Position numbers and translations under genes: made by a program
DNA from: Thermoanaerobaculia bacterium
GTDB lineage: Bacteria > Acidobacteriota > Thermoanaerobaculia > Multivoradales > Multivoraceae
Reading direction: 5' to 3'
DNA: 64,000 nucleotides
Assembly: GCA_963664405.1 (NCBI GenBank)
Contig: OY761158.1
Span: 4,352,001 to 4,416,000 of the forward strand
The notes under the pieces: generated by a model
What the model was told of the DNA's origin: nothing
What the model saw: only the letters and a program-made list of their open reading frames with translations
The model's database searches: none
Shown: positions 19,290 through 28,834 of the stretch, in pieces
Numbering within the stretch: position 1 is the stretch's first letter
Layout of the letters: the number at the start of each line of letters is the position of its first letter

Positions 19290-20466
19290 GAGGCCGGGTC
19301 GAGGGGTCGAAGAGATCCTAGCCGACGCCGTCGGCGGGGAGCGTATCTCCGCCGCTGACGCGATCACGCTCTTGGAAGAGGGTGATCTCTTATCGCTCGG
19401 GCTTGCCGCGGACGAAGTGAGGAAGCAACACTGCGACCCGACTATTGCCAGCTACAACGTCGACCGCAACATCAACTACACCAATGTGTGCGTTTACAAG
19501 TGTCGCTTCTGCGCCTTCTATCGCGAGCCCGGAGACGCCGAAGGCTACCTCCTCCCCTTCGAAGAGATCGGGCGCAAAGTAGAGGAGACGCTGGCGCTCA
19601 ACGGTACCGGCATACTGATGCAGGGGGGTGTTCATCCCGACCTTCCTCTCAGCTACTACGAAGAGCTTCTTTCGTATCTCCGCGAGAACTACCCCGCGAT
19701 CCATCTCCATGCTTTCTCTCCGCCGGAGGTGAAGTTCATTGCCAAGAAAGAGCGGATGAGCTTCTACGACGTGATCTCTCGCCTCAAGGCTGCCGGTCTG
19801 ATGTCGATTCCCGGAGGCGGGGCAGAGGTGCTCTCCGACGACATCCGGCGCGACGTCTTGGCATATTCGAAGTGCAGCGCCGAGGAATGGATTGACGTCA
19901 TGCGCCAGGCGCATGCCAACGGTCTACGGACTTCGGCCACGATGATGTACGGGCTGGGCGAGAATCTAGCCGCGCGAGCGGAGCACTTTCAGCGCATCAG
20001 GGATCTGCAGGACGAGACCGGTGGTTTCACCGCCTTTATCTCCTGGACCTTTCAACAAGATCACACCGATCTCGAGAGTGAGCGAATCCCAGAGGTCTAT
20101 GCCGACGAGTACCTGCGAACGCTGGCGGTATCGAGACTCTTCATCGACAATGTCGATCACTTCCAGACCAGTTGGGTTACCCAGGGCAAGAAGATAGGGC
20201 AGGCGGCGCTGAACTTTGGTGCCGACGACATGGGGTCTATCATGATCGAAGAGAACGTGGTGGCGGCGGCGGGTACTTCGTACCGGATGAGCCAGGAAGA
20301 GATGGAGCATCTGATCTCCGCCGCGGGATACGAGCCTCGCCAGCGGACGAACCTCTACGAGCGGCACGTTTCTCGTCAGGATACGGCGGAGATGGCGAGT
20401 CGCTATCGCGGCTCAGTGACGGTTGAGAATCAGGATCGTGCGCCCAGTCTGCCGGTGCTGTCATGA
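19282..20466 (+). CDS. mqnC: Cyclic dehypoxanthinyl futalosine synthase (radical SAM)
   Basis: DRNINYTNVCVYKCRFCAFYR, LMQGGVHP, SIPGGGAE, FTAFISWTFQ, SWVTQG, IMIEENVV. Confidence 0.93.
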   Translation: MTERPGRGVEEILADAVGGERISAADAITLLEEGDLLSLGLAADEVRKQHCDPTIASYNVDRNINYTNVCVYKCRFCAFYREPGDAEGYLLPFEEIGRKVEETLALNGTGILMQGGVHPDLPLSYYEELLSYLRENYPAIHLHAFSPPEVKFIAKKERMSFYDVISRLKAAGLMSIPGGGAEVLSDDIRRDVLAYSKCSAEEWIDVMRQAHANGLRTSATMMYGLGENLAARAEHFQRIRDLQDETGGFTAFISWTFQQDHTDLESERIPEVYADEYLRTLAVSRLFIDNVDHFQTSWVTQGKKIGQAALNFGADDMGSIMIEENVVAAAGTSYRMSQEEMEHLISAAGYEPRQRTNLYERHVSRQDTAEMASRYRGSVTVENQDRAPSLPVLS

Positions 20467-21743
20467 GCGCTTCCAAGGTGGCCATACTCCGGACGGCCCC
20501 GGAAAGTGTTTTCAGCGACTATCACGAGCTGCTGAACCTCGCCGGGTACCGTGACACGCTCGATCCGGCCGCTGACACTGCGCTGAAGATCAACATTTCT
20601 TGGCACTTCTTCTTCCCGGGCAGCTCGACAACGCCGTGGCAGCTCGAAGGAGTGATCCGGGCGATGAAGAGGGACGGCTTCGACCCGGCGCTCATTCACG
20701 GCTGCCATAACCGAACCGTGGTGATCGATGCCCATCTTGGTGAGCGAGAGAACAAGCAGCTCCAGGTTGTCGAGGCACACGACCTTCGCAATATCCACCT
20801 CTACGAGGGGGAAGAGTGGATCCACGTGCGCGAGGCGGTAGGCGACCTCGCGGACCGCTTTCTCTGTCTCAACGAGGTCTATCCGAAGGGCTTCCACATC
20901 CCGAGGCGTTTCATCGGCGAGAACATCATTCATCTGCCGACGATCAAGACCCATGTGTTCACCACCACGACCGGTGCAATGAAGAATGCCTTCGGGGGTC
21001 TTCTCAACGAGCACCGTCACTGGACCCACCCGGTCATTCACAAGACCCTGGTCGATCTTCTGATGATTCAAAAGAAGATCCACTCTGGCGTTTTCGCGGT
21101 CATGGACGGCACTTTCGCAGGCGATGGACCTGGCCCTCGGTGCATGATTCCCTACGTCAAGGACGTAATCCTGGCGAGTGCTGATCAGGTGGCGATTGAC
21201 GCGGTGGCGGCAAAGCTGATGGGGTTCGACCCGCTCAGCATCGAGTACATTCGCACCGCCCACGAGTTGGGCTTGGGTTGTGGCGATCCTTCCGAGATCG
21301 AGATCGTCGGTGATACCGATGCAGCGGCGAAATCATGGAGCTTCGTCGGGCCCTTCAAAGAGATGACCTTCGCCTCGCGCATGCAGCACAAGATCTACTG
21401 GGGGTCCTTGAAGAAGCCGATCGAGTGGTCGCTCAAGACCTTTCTCGCGCCCTGGGCGTACATGGCGAGCGTCATCTACCACGACAGCTTCTGGTACCCC
21501 TTCAAGGCGAAGCGGCAGATGGCGGATGTGCTGCGCAGCCATTGGGGTCGTCTGTTCCAGCAGTGGGAGAACCTGAAGCCCGACGAAGAAGGCTTCAAAG
21601 AGCTTGGTTCCGAAGAGGCCTCAATCACCCGCACCGGATTCAGAGCGTTCCTCACTTCTCTCGGCATCCTTTGGACATGTTTGAAGGAGTCGCCGGAGTC
21701 CTTCCTGCGTCGGCGTTATCAGGCACCCCAGAGCTCGAAGTGA
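20463..21743 (+). CDS. DUF362-family protein
   Basis: LKIN...TTP..LEGVI, LPTIKTH...TTGAMKNAFG, D.VAIDAVAAKLMGFDP; ATGA overlap with mqnC. Confidence 0.82.
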   Translation: MSASKVAILRTAPESVFSDYHELLNLAGYRDTLDPAADTALKINISWHFFFPGSSTTPWQLEGVIRAMKRDGFDPALIHGCHNRTVVIDAHLGERENKQLQVVEAHDLRNIHLYEGEEWIHVREAVGDLADRFLCLNEVYPKGFHIPRRFIGENIIHLPTIKTHVFTTTTGAMKNAFGGLLNEHRHWTHPVIHKTLVDLLMIQKKIHSGVFAVMDGTFAGDGPGPRCMIPYVKDVILASADQVAIDAVAAKLMGFDPLSIEYIRTAHELGLGCGDPSEIEIVGDTDAAAKSWSFVGPFKEMTFASRMQHKIYWGSLKKPIEWSLKTFLAPWAYMASVIYHDSFWYPFKAKRQMADVLRSHWGRLFQQWENLKPDEEGFKELGSEEASITRTGFRAFLTSLGILWTCLKESPESFLRRRYQAPQSSK

Positions 21744-21750
21744 CCGCTCT

Positions 21751-21915
21751 CTAGACCAGCGTTTCCAAAGTTCGCGCACATATCTCGGGCCCTTCTGTCC
21801 GCTGACGGCGTTTCGCCTCCTCGACATATTGCCCAATATGCCTGCGTCGGCGGGCCTGGCCAGCGAACAGAATGACCTCGACCTATGTACACGAACTTTG
21901 GAAACGCTGGTCTAG
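21751..21915. repeat. 165-bp CTAG-bounded MITE-like hairpin element, copy B (inverted relative to A)
   Basis: Perfect 24-bp TIR CTAGACCAGCGTTTCCAAAGTTCG; core CCTCGACATATTGCCCAATATGCCTGCGTC. Confidence 0.9.
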
Positions 21916-21961
21916 TCGGCCAGGTATTGGAGCCGGAATCCGGGCACCCGGTGGTTGTACC

Positions 21962-23986
21962 GTGTCGAGCGCTCTAGCACCTGCTCTGGTTCTCGCCCTC
22001 TTCGGTCTCTGGTCTGGAACCTTTTACGGCGGAGCGGGTGGGGCCGCGCAGCTGGTCGGTGCTGCAACGCTGATCGTGTTTGCGGTGGGTTTGGGCGGAG
22101 GTGTCGCCGATCCGCTGCGACTGGGCCGGCGTGGACGCTTCCTGCCGCCGGCGCTCTGGGTAGCTACCCTGGCCAGTCTCATCGCCTCTCCGGTTCCCCG
22201 CGCCGGGACCCTGATCCTAGCGACCCTACCGCTGGTACTCCTAATTCCGGCAGCGGTGGAGCGCTGCTGGAGCGAGCCGGCTCGTCGTCGCCGTGGCCTC
22301 TTGGCTGTAGTTTTAGTCGCTGGTGGCGTCGCGGGGTTGTCTCTAGTCTGGGCGTGGGCTCTCGGTTCGGCACGCACCGCGCTTCCCTTGGGCCATCACA
22401 ACGCTCTCGCGCTTTTTTGTGTTTTTCTCTTTCCCTTCGCTCTATTGGCGTTGCGCGAGCAGGGGAGGTGGCGGTGGGTGGCCGTCTGCGTGTCGATGCT
22501 GATCGTCGTTGCCGTTGTTTCGAGTCTCTCGCTCGTGGGCAGCGCCGCGTTGGTCCTTCAACTTGCGATGCAGAGTCTGGACCCGGCGGCTCGGAAGGGT
22601 CCTGAGCCTTCTGAGAAGGACGCTTCCGGTCTCTCGAGGGGCTGGTTGCGCTGGGTCCTGCCTCTGCTCGTGGCGTGTTCGGTTGCCGGGCTGCAGTGGG
22701 CTCGTCTCACCGGTCTAGTGGTCGGTGTCGACTCTTCTCTCGCGGCACGTCGAAGCTATATCGCGGCGGGCTGGGAGGGCGTCAGTGAGCGGCTCCTGTT
22801 GGGATGGGGAGCGGGCTCGGTCCCCTGGGTCTCTGGGCTACACCTGCGTCCGCGTCCAGGCGCCAACCCGCCCGGAGAAGTCGTATCGTCTTTGCACTTT
22901 CTTCCGTTGCAGGCCGCCTACGAGCTCGGCCTCACCGGCCTTTTGCTGCTGAGCGCCATGATCGCTCTCTTTCTCTCTCGTCGGAGACGAGAACTTGCGG
23001 TAGCTGAGGATCCCGGTCTGCTGTGGGCGTCGCTGACCGCCCTGGGCCCCGGCCTCCTCGCTCTGTGTCTGGCAGGATTCCCGGTGCTACCTGCGTTACC
23101 GGTAGCGATCGCGGTGGCGGCTGGAGCCGGCCTTGCGGCACTGCCCGGTCGGCTTCGCCGGGGCCCTCGCCGATGGTCGCTTGCTGCGGCCGCGCTAGCG
23201 GTCGTGGTTGCGGCTCCGGCCGGCATCGCGACTCTCCGCTATGAGGCGGCGAGAGTCGCCCCGAGCTCCCTGGCCGATCTCGATGCGGCGCTCCGCTTCG
23301 ATCCAGGGTTTCCACTGTACCGAGCGAGGAGTGCCTGGGCACGGGCAGCGGTCGAGCCCGGCGCGACAGAGGTGGCAGAGCAGGCGATTGTCGCCGCCGA
23401 GGCTGCGCCGGGAGTGGCGGCGTTATGGCTTGCTGCCGGGCTATTGAGCTCTGACGCCGGCCTTGGAGCGCGCTCGGCGCGCGCTTTGGAACGAGCTTGC
23501 GACCTCGACCCTCTGGCGGCCCTGGCGCCCTTCTATTTGATGATGCTCAACCCCGATGGCGAGGACTCGCCGGTTCTTGGAGCGCGGGCGGTTCTCGCCG
23601 AGCCGCGTCTGGCGGCGGCGACTTGGTGGCGAGGAAGGGAGGAGCTGGCTCGGGCGGCGGCGTTACAGATCGACGGCTGGCGGGGCGTGAGTGTCGACAC
23701 TCGTCGCCGCTTGGCATCCCACCTAGCGTCGCTGCCGGTCGGAGGCGGAGCCACTCAACGCTTCTTCCTCGAGATCGACGGCGAGCCTTCTACGTCGTTG
23801 ACGCTCTTCGTCTTCCGTCGATCACCATGGCCGGTGGAGTTAGGCAATATCGAGCTCGACTCGGCGGTATTGCAGACCGTCGTCGTTGGCTCGCCTGCTT
23901 TCGATCCCAGCACTGAGGCTCTCGCCTTTCCGGTAAATGGCTGTGGTGCCCCTGCCGAGCCGTCCCCGAAGACTTCGGACCCCTGA
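21962..23986 (+). CDS. O-antigen-ligase-like (Wzy_C) membrane protein with a helical/TPR-like C-terminus
   Basis: Many TM helices, PLGHHNALA, LLGWGAGS, H..PLQ..YELG..GLL; start uncertain because the upstream ATG 21872 lies inside the repeat element. Confidence 0.75.
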   Translation: MSSALAPALVLALFGLWSGTFYGGAGGAAQLVGAATLIVFAVGLGGGVADPLRLGRRGRFLPPALWVATLASLIASPVPRAGTLILATLPLVLLIPAAVERCWSEPARRRRGLLAVVLVAGGVAGLSLVWAWALGSARTALPLGHHNALALFCVFLFPFALLALREQGRWRWVAVCVSMLIVVAVVSSLSLVGSAALVLQLAMQSLDPAARKGPEPSEKDASGLSRGWLRWVLPLLVACSVAGLQWARLTGLVVGVDSSLAARRSYIAAGWEGVSERLLLGWGAGSVPWVSGLHLRPRPGANPPGEVVSSLHFLPLQAAYELGLTGLLLLSAMIALFLSRRRRELAVAEDPGLLWASLTALGPGLLALCLAGFPVLPALPVAIAVAAGAGLAALPGRLRRGPRRWSLAAAALAVVVAAPAGIATLRYEAARVAPSSLADLDAALRFDPGFPLYRARSAWARAAVEPGATEVAEQAIVAAEAAPGVAALWLAAGLLSSDAGLGARSARALERACDLDPLAALAPFYLMMLNPDGEDSPVLGARAVLAEPRLAAATWWRGREELARAAALQIDGWRGVSVDTRRRLASHLASLPVGGGATQRFFLEIDGEPSTSLTLFVFRRSPWPVELGNIELDSAVLQTVVVGSPAFDPSTEALAFPVNGCGAPAEPSPKTSDP

Positions 23987-24014
23987 GTGGCTCCGGGAGT
24001 ACTCTCGAACCGGC

Positions 24015-25154
24015 CTACGGCGACCGGGGCCGGGCGCCGGCAAAGGGAGCGAAGGGGCCGCGCCGACGCACCACTTCACCCGCGACCGCGGTCCGATTTC
24101 GACCGGTCTCTTTAGCGACGTACATCGCTGCATCGGCGAGGTGGAGAAGCGTACTCTTGGCGTCTTCGCGCGACTGTTCCTGAGTGAGGTGACGATGAGC
24201 CGTGGAGACTCCGACTGAGCAGGTGATGCCCCGGAGGTGGAGGGGCTCTGGCTGAATGCTGCCGACGCCGGAACAGAAGACCTCTGTCTCGATGCGAGTG
24301 CGGATCTCTTCGGCCATGTCCACCGCGGAATCGAGGTGTAGGCCCGGCAGCGTGAGCACGAACTCGTCGCCTCCATATCTGGCCGCAATCCCGACCTCGT
24401 CCGGTACGATCGAGGCCAAGAGCTTGCCTACCTCCCGCAGTACCTGACTACCTGCGAGGTGGCCGTGGGAGTCATTTACGCGCTTGAAGAAGTCGAGATC
24501 CAGAAAGAGGATGGCGAGATCGGTGCCCCGCTCCTGGACGACATCGATCTCTCTGCTCAGGGACAAGTGCAGGTAGCGGTCATTGTAGAGGTCGGTCAGA
24601 TTGTCTCGCTTGGCTAGCTCCTGCGCGTGCCGACCGTCGAGTGCGTTCTGCACTGAGATACTGATGTAGTCGGCAAAGATCTCGAGTAGATTGCGGTCGT
24701 GCTCGCTGTAGTGGCCAGCCTGCTGGCGGTTGATGAGCTCGAGAACGCCGCTGACCTCCTCACCGATGCGAATCGGAATGGCGACTACGGAAGTCGTTTG
24801 GTGGTCGATCTCGAGGTCGATACGCGGCTGAAAGAAGCGATCTTGCTCTAGATCGGAGCTGAGGTGGGTCTGGCCAGCGGTGTAAACATGACCGGCGATG
24901 CCCTCGGCAGCACCAATCTCGCGTCCGACGATGCTGTCGCCTCGCACACCGAAAGCGGCAACGAAGGTGAGGGTGTGCTGAGATCGGCGGCGGGTCTTGC
25001 TGCGGGGATCGGCGAGCAGGATGGACCCGGACTCAGAGGGAACGAACTCATTCGCCTTCTGGAGAACCTGGGTCAGGTTTTCGGCGAGGTTGAGCTCGAA
25101 ATTGGCGGAATCGTCCGGTGTGGCGAGGAAGCGCTCGAGCTCGGGCGATTCCAT
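24015..25154 (-). CDS. GAF-domain diguanylate cyclase
   Basis: GAF (GIAGHV, VLELIN), DNLTDLYN, DLDFFKRVNDSHGHLAGS, ARYGGDEF, ADAAMY.AK..GRN; alternative start at 25175. Confidence 0.93.
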   Translation of the reverse strand: MESPELERFLATPDDSANFELNLAENLTQVLQKANEFVPSESGSILLADPRSKTRRRSQHTLTFVAAFGVRGDSIVGREIGAAEGIAGHVYTAGQTHLSSDLEQDRFFQPRIDLEIDHQTTSVVAIPIRIGEEVSGVLELINRQQAGHYSEHDRNLLEIFADYISISVQNALDGRHAQELAKRDNLTDLYNDRYLHLSLSREIDVVQERGTDLAILFLDLDFFKRVNDSHGHLAGSQVLREVGKLLASIVPDEVGIAARYGGDEFVLTLPGLHLDSAVDMAEEIRTRIETEVFCSGVGSIQPEPLHLRGITCSVGVSTAHRHLTQEQSREDAKSTLLHLADAAMYVAKETGRNRTAVAGEVVRRRGPFAPFAGARPRSP

Positions 25155-25289
25155 ACAATGGAGCGAGGACTTCATAGTGTAGCCACCTGGTCGAGCGCAA
25201 GGCCGTAAAAACCATAGCAGAAGGCTCCTTGCCGACGATAGAGGGGTAGTCTGGGTTGCCTTCCGGGTCGACTCTTTCGCTTTCGCCGC

Positions 25290-26138
25290 ATGCATTCTGA
25301 GCCACCGCTACGTAAAGCTCTCGGGCAGCATCACCTGCGCAGCGCAGAGTTGTGTCGGCCGGCTTTGGACTTTCTCGACCCGCGAGGGAGGATCGTCGTC
25401 GAGATCGGCCCTGGTGGCGGCGTCCTCACCAGCGCGCTTCTGAGCGCGGGAGCCAGAGTCTTTGCCTGGGAGCTCGACCTTGCCTGGGCCTTCGAGCTAC
25501 GGCGGCAGAGAAGGGAAGCGGCGCTCGCGGTGGTGGCAGCCGACGCGCTCGATATGCCATGGGCGCAGCTCCCCACCGGGGCTTTGGCGGCAGGTAATCT
25601 GCCCTACTCGGTGGCTAGCCCCCTGATCGAGAGTTACCTGGTACACGCGACAGGAATGCCACGGGCAGTCTTTCTCGTCCAGGCCGAGGTGGCAGAGCGT
25701 CTCGTCGCCCCTCCTGGGAGCCGCAACTATGGGCTCTTGAGCGTGATGGTCGCGGCCCATGCAGAGGCCCGTCTTCTGGCCAGGGTAAAGCCCGGTAGCT
25801 TTCGCCCTCCGCCCAGGGTTTCAGGCGCTTTCGTCGGCTTGACCCGGCGAACAGGTGTCCTGGCGCCGGATCAGATGGCGGCCTTTCGTCGGACTCTCGT
25901 TGCAGCCTTCTCTTACCGCCGAAAGACTCTTCTCAACGCCGTAGGCACCTCCTGGGGGCGAGGGGCCACCGGCGAGATCCTGGCTGATGCGGCACTCGAC
26001 CCCTCGCGCCGTGCCGAAAGTCTCTCGCTCGACGAGCTACTGAGGCTACACCGAGCCCGGACGGCGTACGGTATTGGCGGCCTTCGTGACTCGGCTGAGG
26101 CTCGGGCGCGAGGCCAAAATATCAAAAAAAGTATTTAG
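25290..26138 (+). CDS. rsmA: 16S rRNA m6,2A dimethyltransferase
   Basis: KALGQH, VEIGPGGG.LT, GNLPY, Q.EVAERL, F.PPPRV, F..RRKTL.N, RAE.L. Confidence 0.93.
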   Translation: MHSEPPLRKALGQHHLRSAELCRPALDFLDPRGRIVVEIGPGGGVLTSALLSAGARVFAWELDLAWAFELRRQRREAALAVVAADALDMPWAQLPTGALAAGNLPYSVASPLIESYLVHATGMPRAVFLVQAEVAERLVAPPGSRNYGLLSVMVAAHAEARLLARVKPGSFRPPPRVSGAFVGLTRRTGVLAPDQMAAFRRTLVAAFSYRRKTLLNAVGTSWGRGATGEILADAALDPSRRAESLSLDELLRLHRARTAYGIGGLRDSAEARARGQNIKKSI

Positions 26139-26198
26139 AATGCTACACTTATCGGCTCATGGTCAAAATTCGATCGAAAGGGAGGCCTTACCAGCGGA

Positions 26199-28544
26199 GT
26201 GGCGGTAGCGCTTCGAGTCTGGGGGCATGAGATGAGGGCGGCAGCGGCCCGCGCCGTCAGAGAGTCCGCCGGCCTGACCGCGCCTAAAGGTCGGGAGGTT
26301 CTCGGTGTCGTCTTGGGGTTGGGCTGCTTGTTATTCAGCGCGAGTCTCCTCTCCCACTGGCCCAACGATCCCAGCCTGTTTCACTCTTCCTCCAGCAGTG
26401 GGTCGGTGAGGAACTGGATCGGACCCTTCGGTGCGAATCTTTCGGTTCTGGCGTTCGGCCTTCTTGGTTTTTCCGCCTTCCTCCTCCCAGCTACCTTCGC
26501 GGTCGCTGCATGGCGGCGGCTGCGATTCTCCGCCCCGCCGAAAGTCGTGGGTCGAGGTCTCGGTGCTGCCATAACCTTCGTCGCCCTGCCGACCTTCTTC
26601 GCCCTCGTTCTGGGTGAGACGGCCTGGCGCGGTTTCTCGATGCGGTCCGGCGGCTTGCTCGGCGGTCTCATCTCCGATGTTCTGAAGCCGGGACTCGGTG
26701 TTGTCGGCTCTTTGCTGCTTGTTTTGGGGGCGCTCATTATCGGCTCGACACTGATTGTCCAATCGAGCCTCGGTGAGTTCCTTCGCGGCTGGGGGCGCAG
26801 GCTCGAGAGCTTCTGGGAGCGGGTGGTGCTGCGGCGCACGCGGCACCGCGAGCAGAAGGACAAGGAGCAGACTCGACGGCGGCTGGTGGCCAAGCACGTT
26901 CGAGCGCGAGTCGAAGCGGTGCGGGTGAAGGAACTTCCTGGCCAGGGCCGCTTCTCGGTCCGGCGTGTCCAGGCGGAGGCGCCGGTGGTCAAGAAGAAGG
27001 CGGCGAAGACCTCGAAGAGGCGGGTGCCTCAGAAGAGTCTGGCCTTTGCAGAGGACGCGAGCGCCTCTTCGCGCGCAAGCCTCCCGCCGATCAACCTGCT
27101 CAACCAGCAGGAAACTTCGGGCGCGGTTGACGAGAAGGAGCTCGTCCGCCTTGGTGACCTCATCACCCAGCGCTGTCAGGAGTTCGGCGTTATCGGCTCT
27201 ATCGAAGGAATCACACCAGGGCCGGTTATTACCGTCTTCGAGTTTCAGCCGGCACCTGGGGTGAAGGTGAGTCAGATCGTCAACCTGCAGAACGATCTGG
27301 CGCTGGTTCTACGCGCTGAGTCGGTGCGCATCGATCGTCTAGCGGGTCGCTCCACGCTGGGGATCGAGGTGCCGAACGAGAAACGCCAGACCATCGCTCT
27401 GGGCCCGCTGCTGAACGACGATCGTTTTCGCCGTTCCCCGTCGCCCCTCACCCTCGCTCTTGGCTGCGATCTCCACGGTCAGCCCTACTACGCGGATCTC
27501 GCGACCATGCCTCACCTTCTGGTCGCGGGTGCTACCGGAGCTGGCAAGAGTGTAGGACTCCAGAGCATGATCACGTCAATTCTCTACAAGTCGCGACGTG
27601 ACGAGGTGCAGTTCATATTTATCGATCCCAAGCGGATCGAGCTTGGCGTCTATGCCGACATTCCGCACCTCAAGGCCGAAGTCGTCGTGGAGCCGAAGAA
27701 GGCCGCGAACGCTCTGCGATGGGCGGTGTCGGAAATGGAGCGTCGCTATCGACTCTTGGCCGAGGTCCATGTACGTTCTATCTCCTACTACAACAGTGCC
27801 ATTCGGGATCCAGAGATCCAGCGCCGTCTCTCCCTCCAGGACGAAGATACCGAGATCCAAGAGAGCGATCTCTCTCCTCTTCCCTACTACGTCATCGTCA
27901 TTGACGAGCTCGCCGACCTGATGATGGTGGCCTCCGCCGAGGTCGAGACCGCCATCGCTCGCCTTGCCCAGATGGCCAGGGCCGTAGGCATCCACCTCAT
28001 CGTCGCCACTCAGCGGCCCTCCGTCGACATCCTGACCGGCACGATCAAGGCTAACTTCCCCTGCCGTATCGCCTTTGCTACCGCCAGTCGACATGACTCT
28101 CGCACCATCCTCGACCAGGTCGGCTCCGAGCGGTTGCTGGGCCGCGGAGACGCACTGATGATGCCTCCCTCGAGTGCGCGTCTGATGCGTCTCCACGGTG
28201 CCTACATCAGTGAGCAGGAGACAGCTGGGTTGGTGCGATGGTTGAAGAAGCAGGGTAAGCCCGAGCTCGATCCCGATGTCATCAAAGCGCCGCCAGCGGA
28301 GGAGAGAAGTGGTTCTGAGGGTGGCGATGGAGGGGACGCGCTCTTCGACGAAGCGGCCCGGTTGGTGGTCGCCGAGGGGCAGGGATCGGCCAGCTTTCTG
28401 CAGCGCCGGATGCGTATTGGCTTTTCGCGGGCAGGGCGACTGATCGACATGATGGAGCAAGACGGGCTGCTCGGCCCCCCCAAGGGATCCAAGCCTCGCG
28501 AGGTCCTGGTCAAGCCCGATTACTTCACCGAGATCGAAGGCTAG
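26199..28544 (+). CDS. ftsK: DNA translocase FtsK
   Basis: N-terminal TM domain, MPHLLVAGATGAGKS, IDPKRIEL, IDELADLMM, ATQRPSVD, gamma domain LQRRMRIGFSRAGR; start uncertain. Confidence 0.97.
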   Translation: MAVALRVWGHEMRAAAARAVRESAGLTAPKGREVLGVVLGLGCLLFSASLLSHWPNDPSLFHSSSSSGSVRNWIGPFGANLSVLAFGLLGFSAFLLPATFAVAAWRRLRFSAPPKVVGRGLGAAITFVALPTFFALVLGETAWRGFSMRSGGLLGGLISDVLKPGLGVVGSLLLVLGALIIGSTLIVQSSLGEFLRGWGRRLESFWERVVLRRTRHREQKDKEQTRRRLVAKHVRARVEAVRVKELPGQGRFSVRRVQAEAPVVKKKAAKTSKRRVPQKSLAFAEDASASSRASLPPINLLNQQETSGAVDEKELVRLGDLITQRCQEFGVIGSIEGITPGPVITVFEFQPAPGVKVSQIVNLQNDLALVLRAESVRIDRLAGRSTLGIEVPNEKRQTIALGPLLNDDRFRRSPSPLTLALGCDLHGQPYYADLATMPHLLVAGATGAGKSVGLQSMITSILYKSRRDEVQFIFIDPKRIELGVYADIPHLKAEVVVEPKKAANALRWAVSEMERRYRLLAEVHVRSISYYNSAIRDPEIQRRLSLQDEDTEIQESDLSPLPYYVIVIDELADLMMVASAEVETAIARLAQMARAVGIHLIVATQRPSVDILTGTIKANFPCRIAFATASRHDSRTILDQVGSERLLGRGDALMMPPSSARLMRLHGAYISEQETAGLVRWLKKQGKPELDPDVIKAPPAEERSGSEGGDGGDALFDEAARLVVAEGQGSASFLQRRMRIGFSRAGRLIDMMEQDGLLGPPKGSKPREVLVKPDYFTEIEG

Positions 28545-28790
28545 TGGCCGGGCGTCCAGTCGCATCCTACGGAAGTGATCGGTATCACTTCCTCCGGATG
28601 CGGAACATGGCGCCGAGGACGGCGCATTCGGATTTCCTCCGGGCCATCCAGCCAGCCAGAGTGAAGGGTCGCTCGGCTCCAAGGAGTACGCCAGAGTACG
28701 CCTGTGTCGCCTCCCTCCTGCGCTGCGGCGATCTGGGGCACCCTGAACGCCCGGCCGGGGTTCAGTTTCGAGTGTGCCAAAGGCTGGGTG
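28541..28790. repeat. Two tandem degenerate members of the hairpin-element family in the ftsK-fmt spacer
   Basis: Begins at CTAG (ftsK stop); hairpin CGCATCC-tac-GGAAGTGAT-cggt-ATCACTTCC-tcc-GGATGCG at 28561-28602; second core CGGCTCCAAGGAGTACGCCAGAGTACGCCTGTGTCGCC at 28674-28711 aligns without gaps to the copy B core. Confidence 0.55.
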
Positions 28791-28834
28791 ATTCCTCGAG
28801 TGCCGGTGAACGCTTCCCGAGTTAGCATGGGCGC

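Noticed and set aside
28640-28795. 6S RNA (CACCCTGAAC...GGTTCAG resembles the 6S 3' motif)
   Set aside because: No 5' strand complementary to GGTTCAG was found to form the 6S rod and central bubble, and the middle matches the hairpin-element core instead. A cmscan run would settle it.
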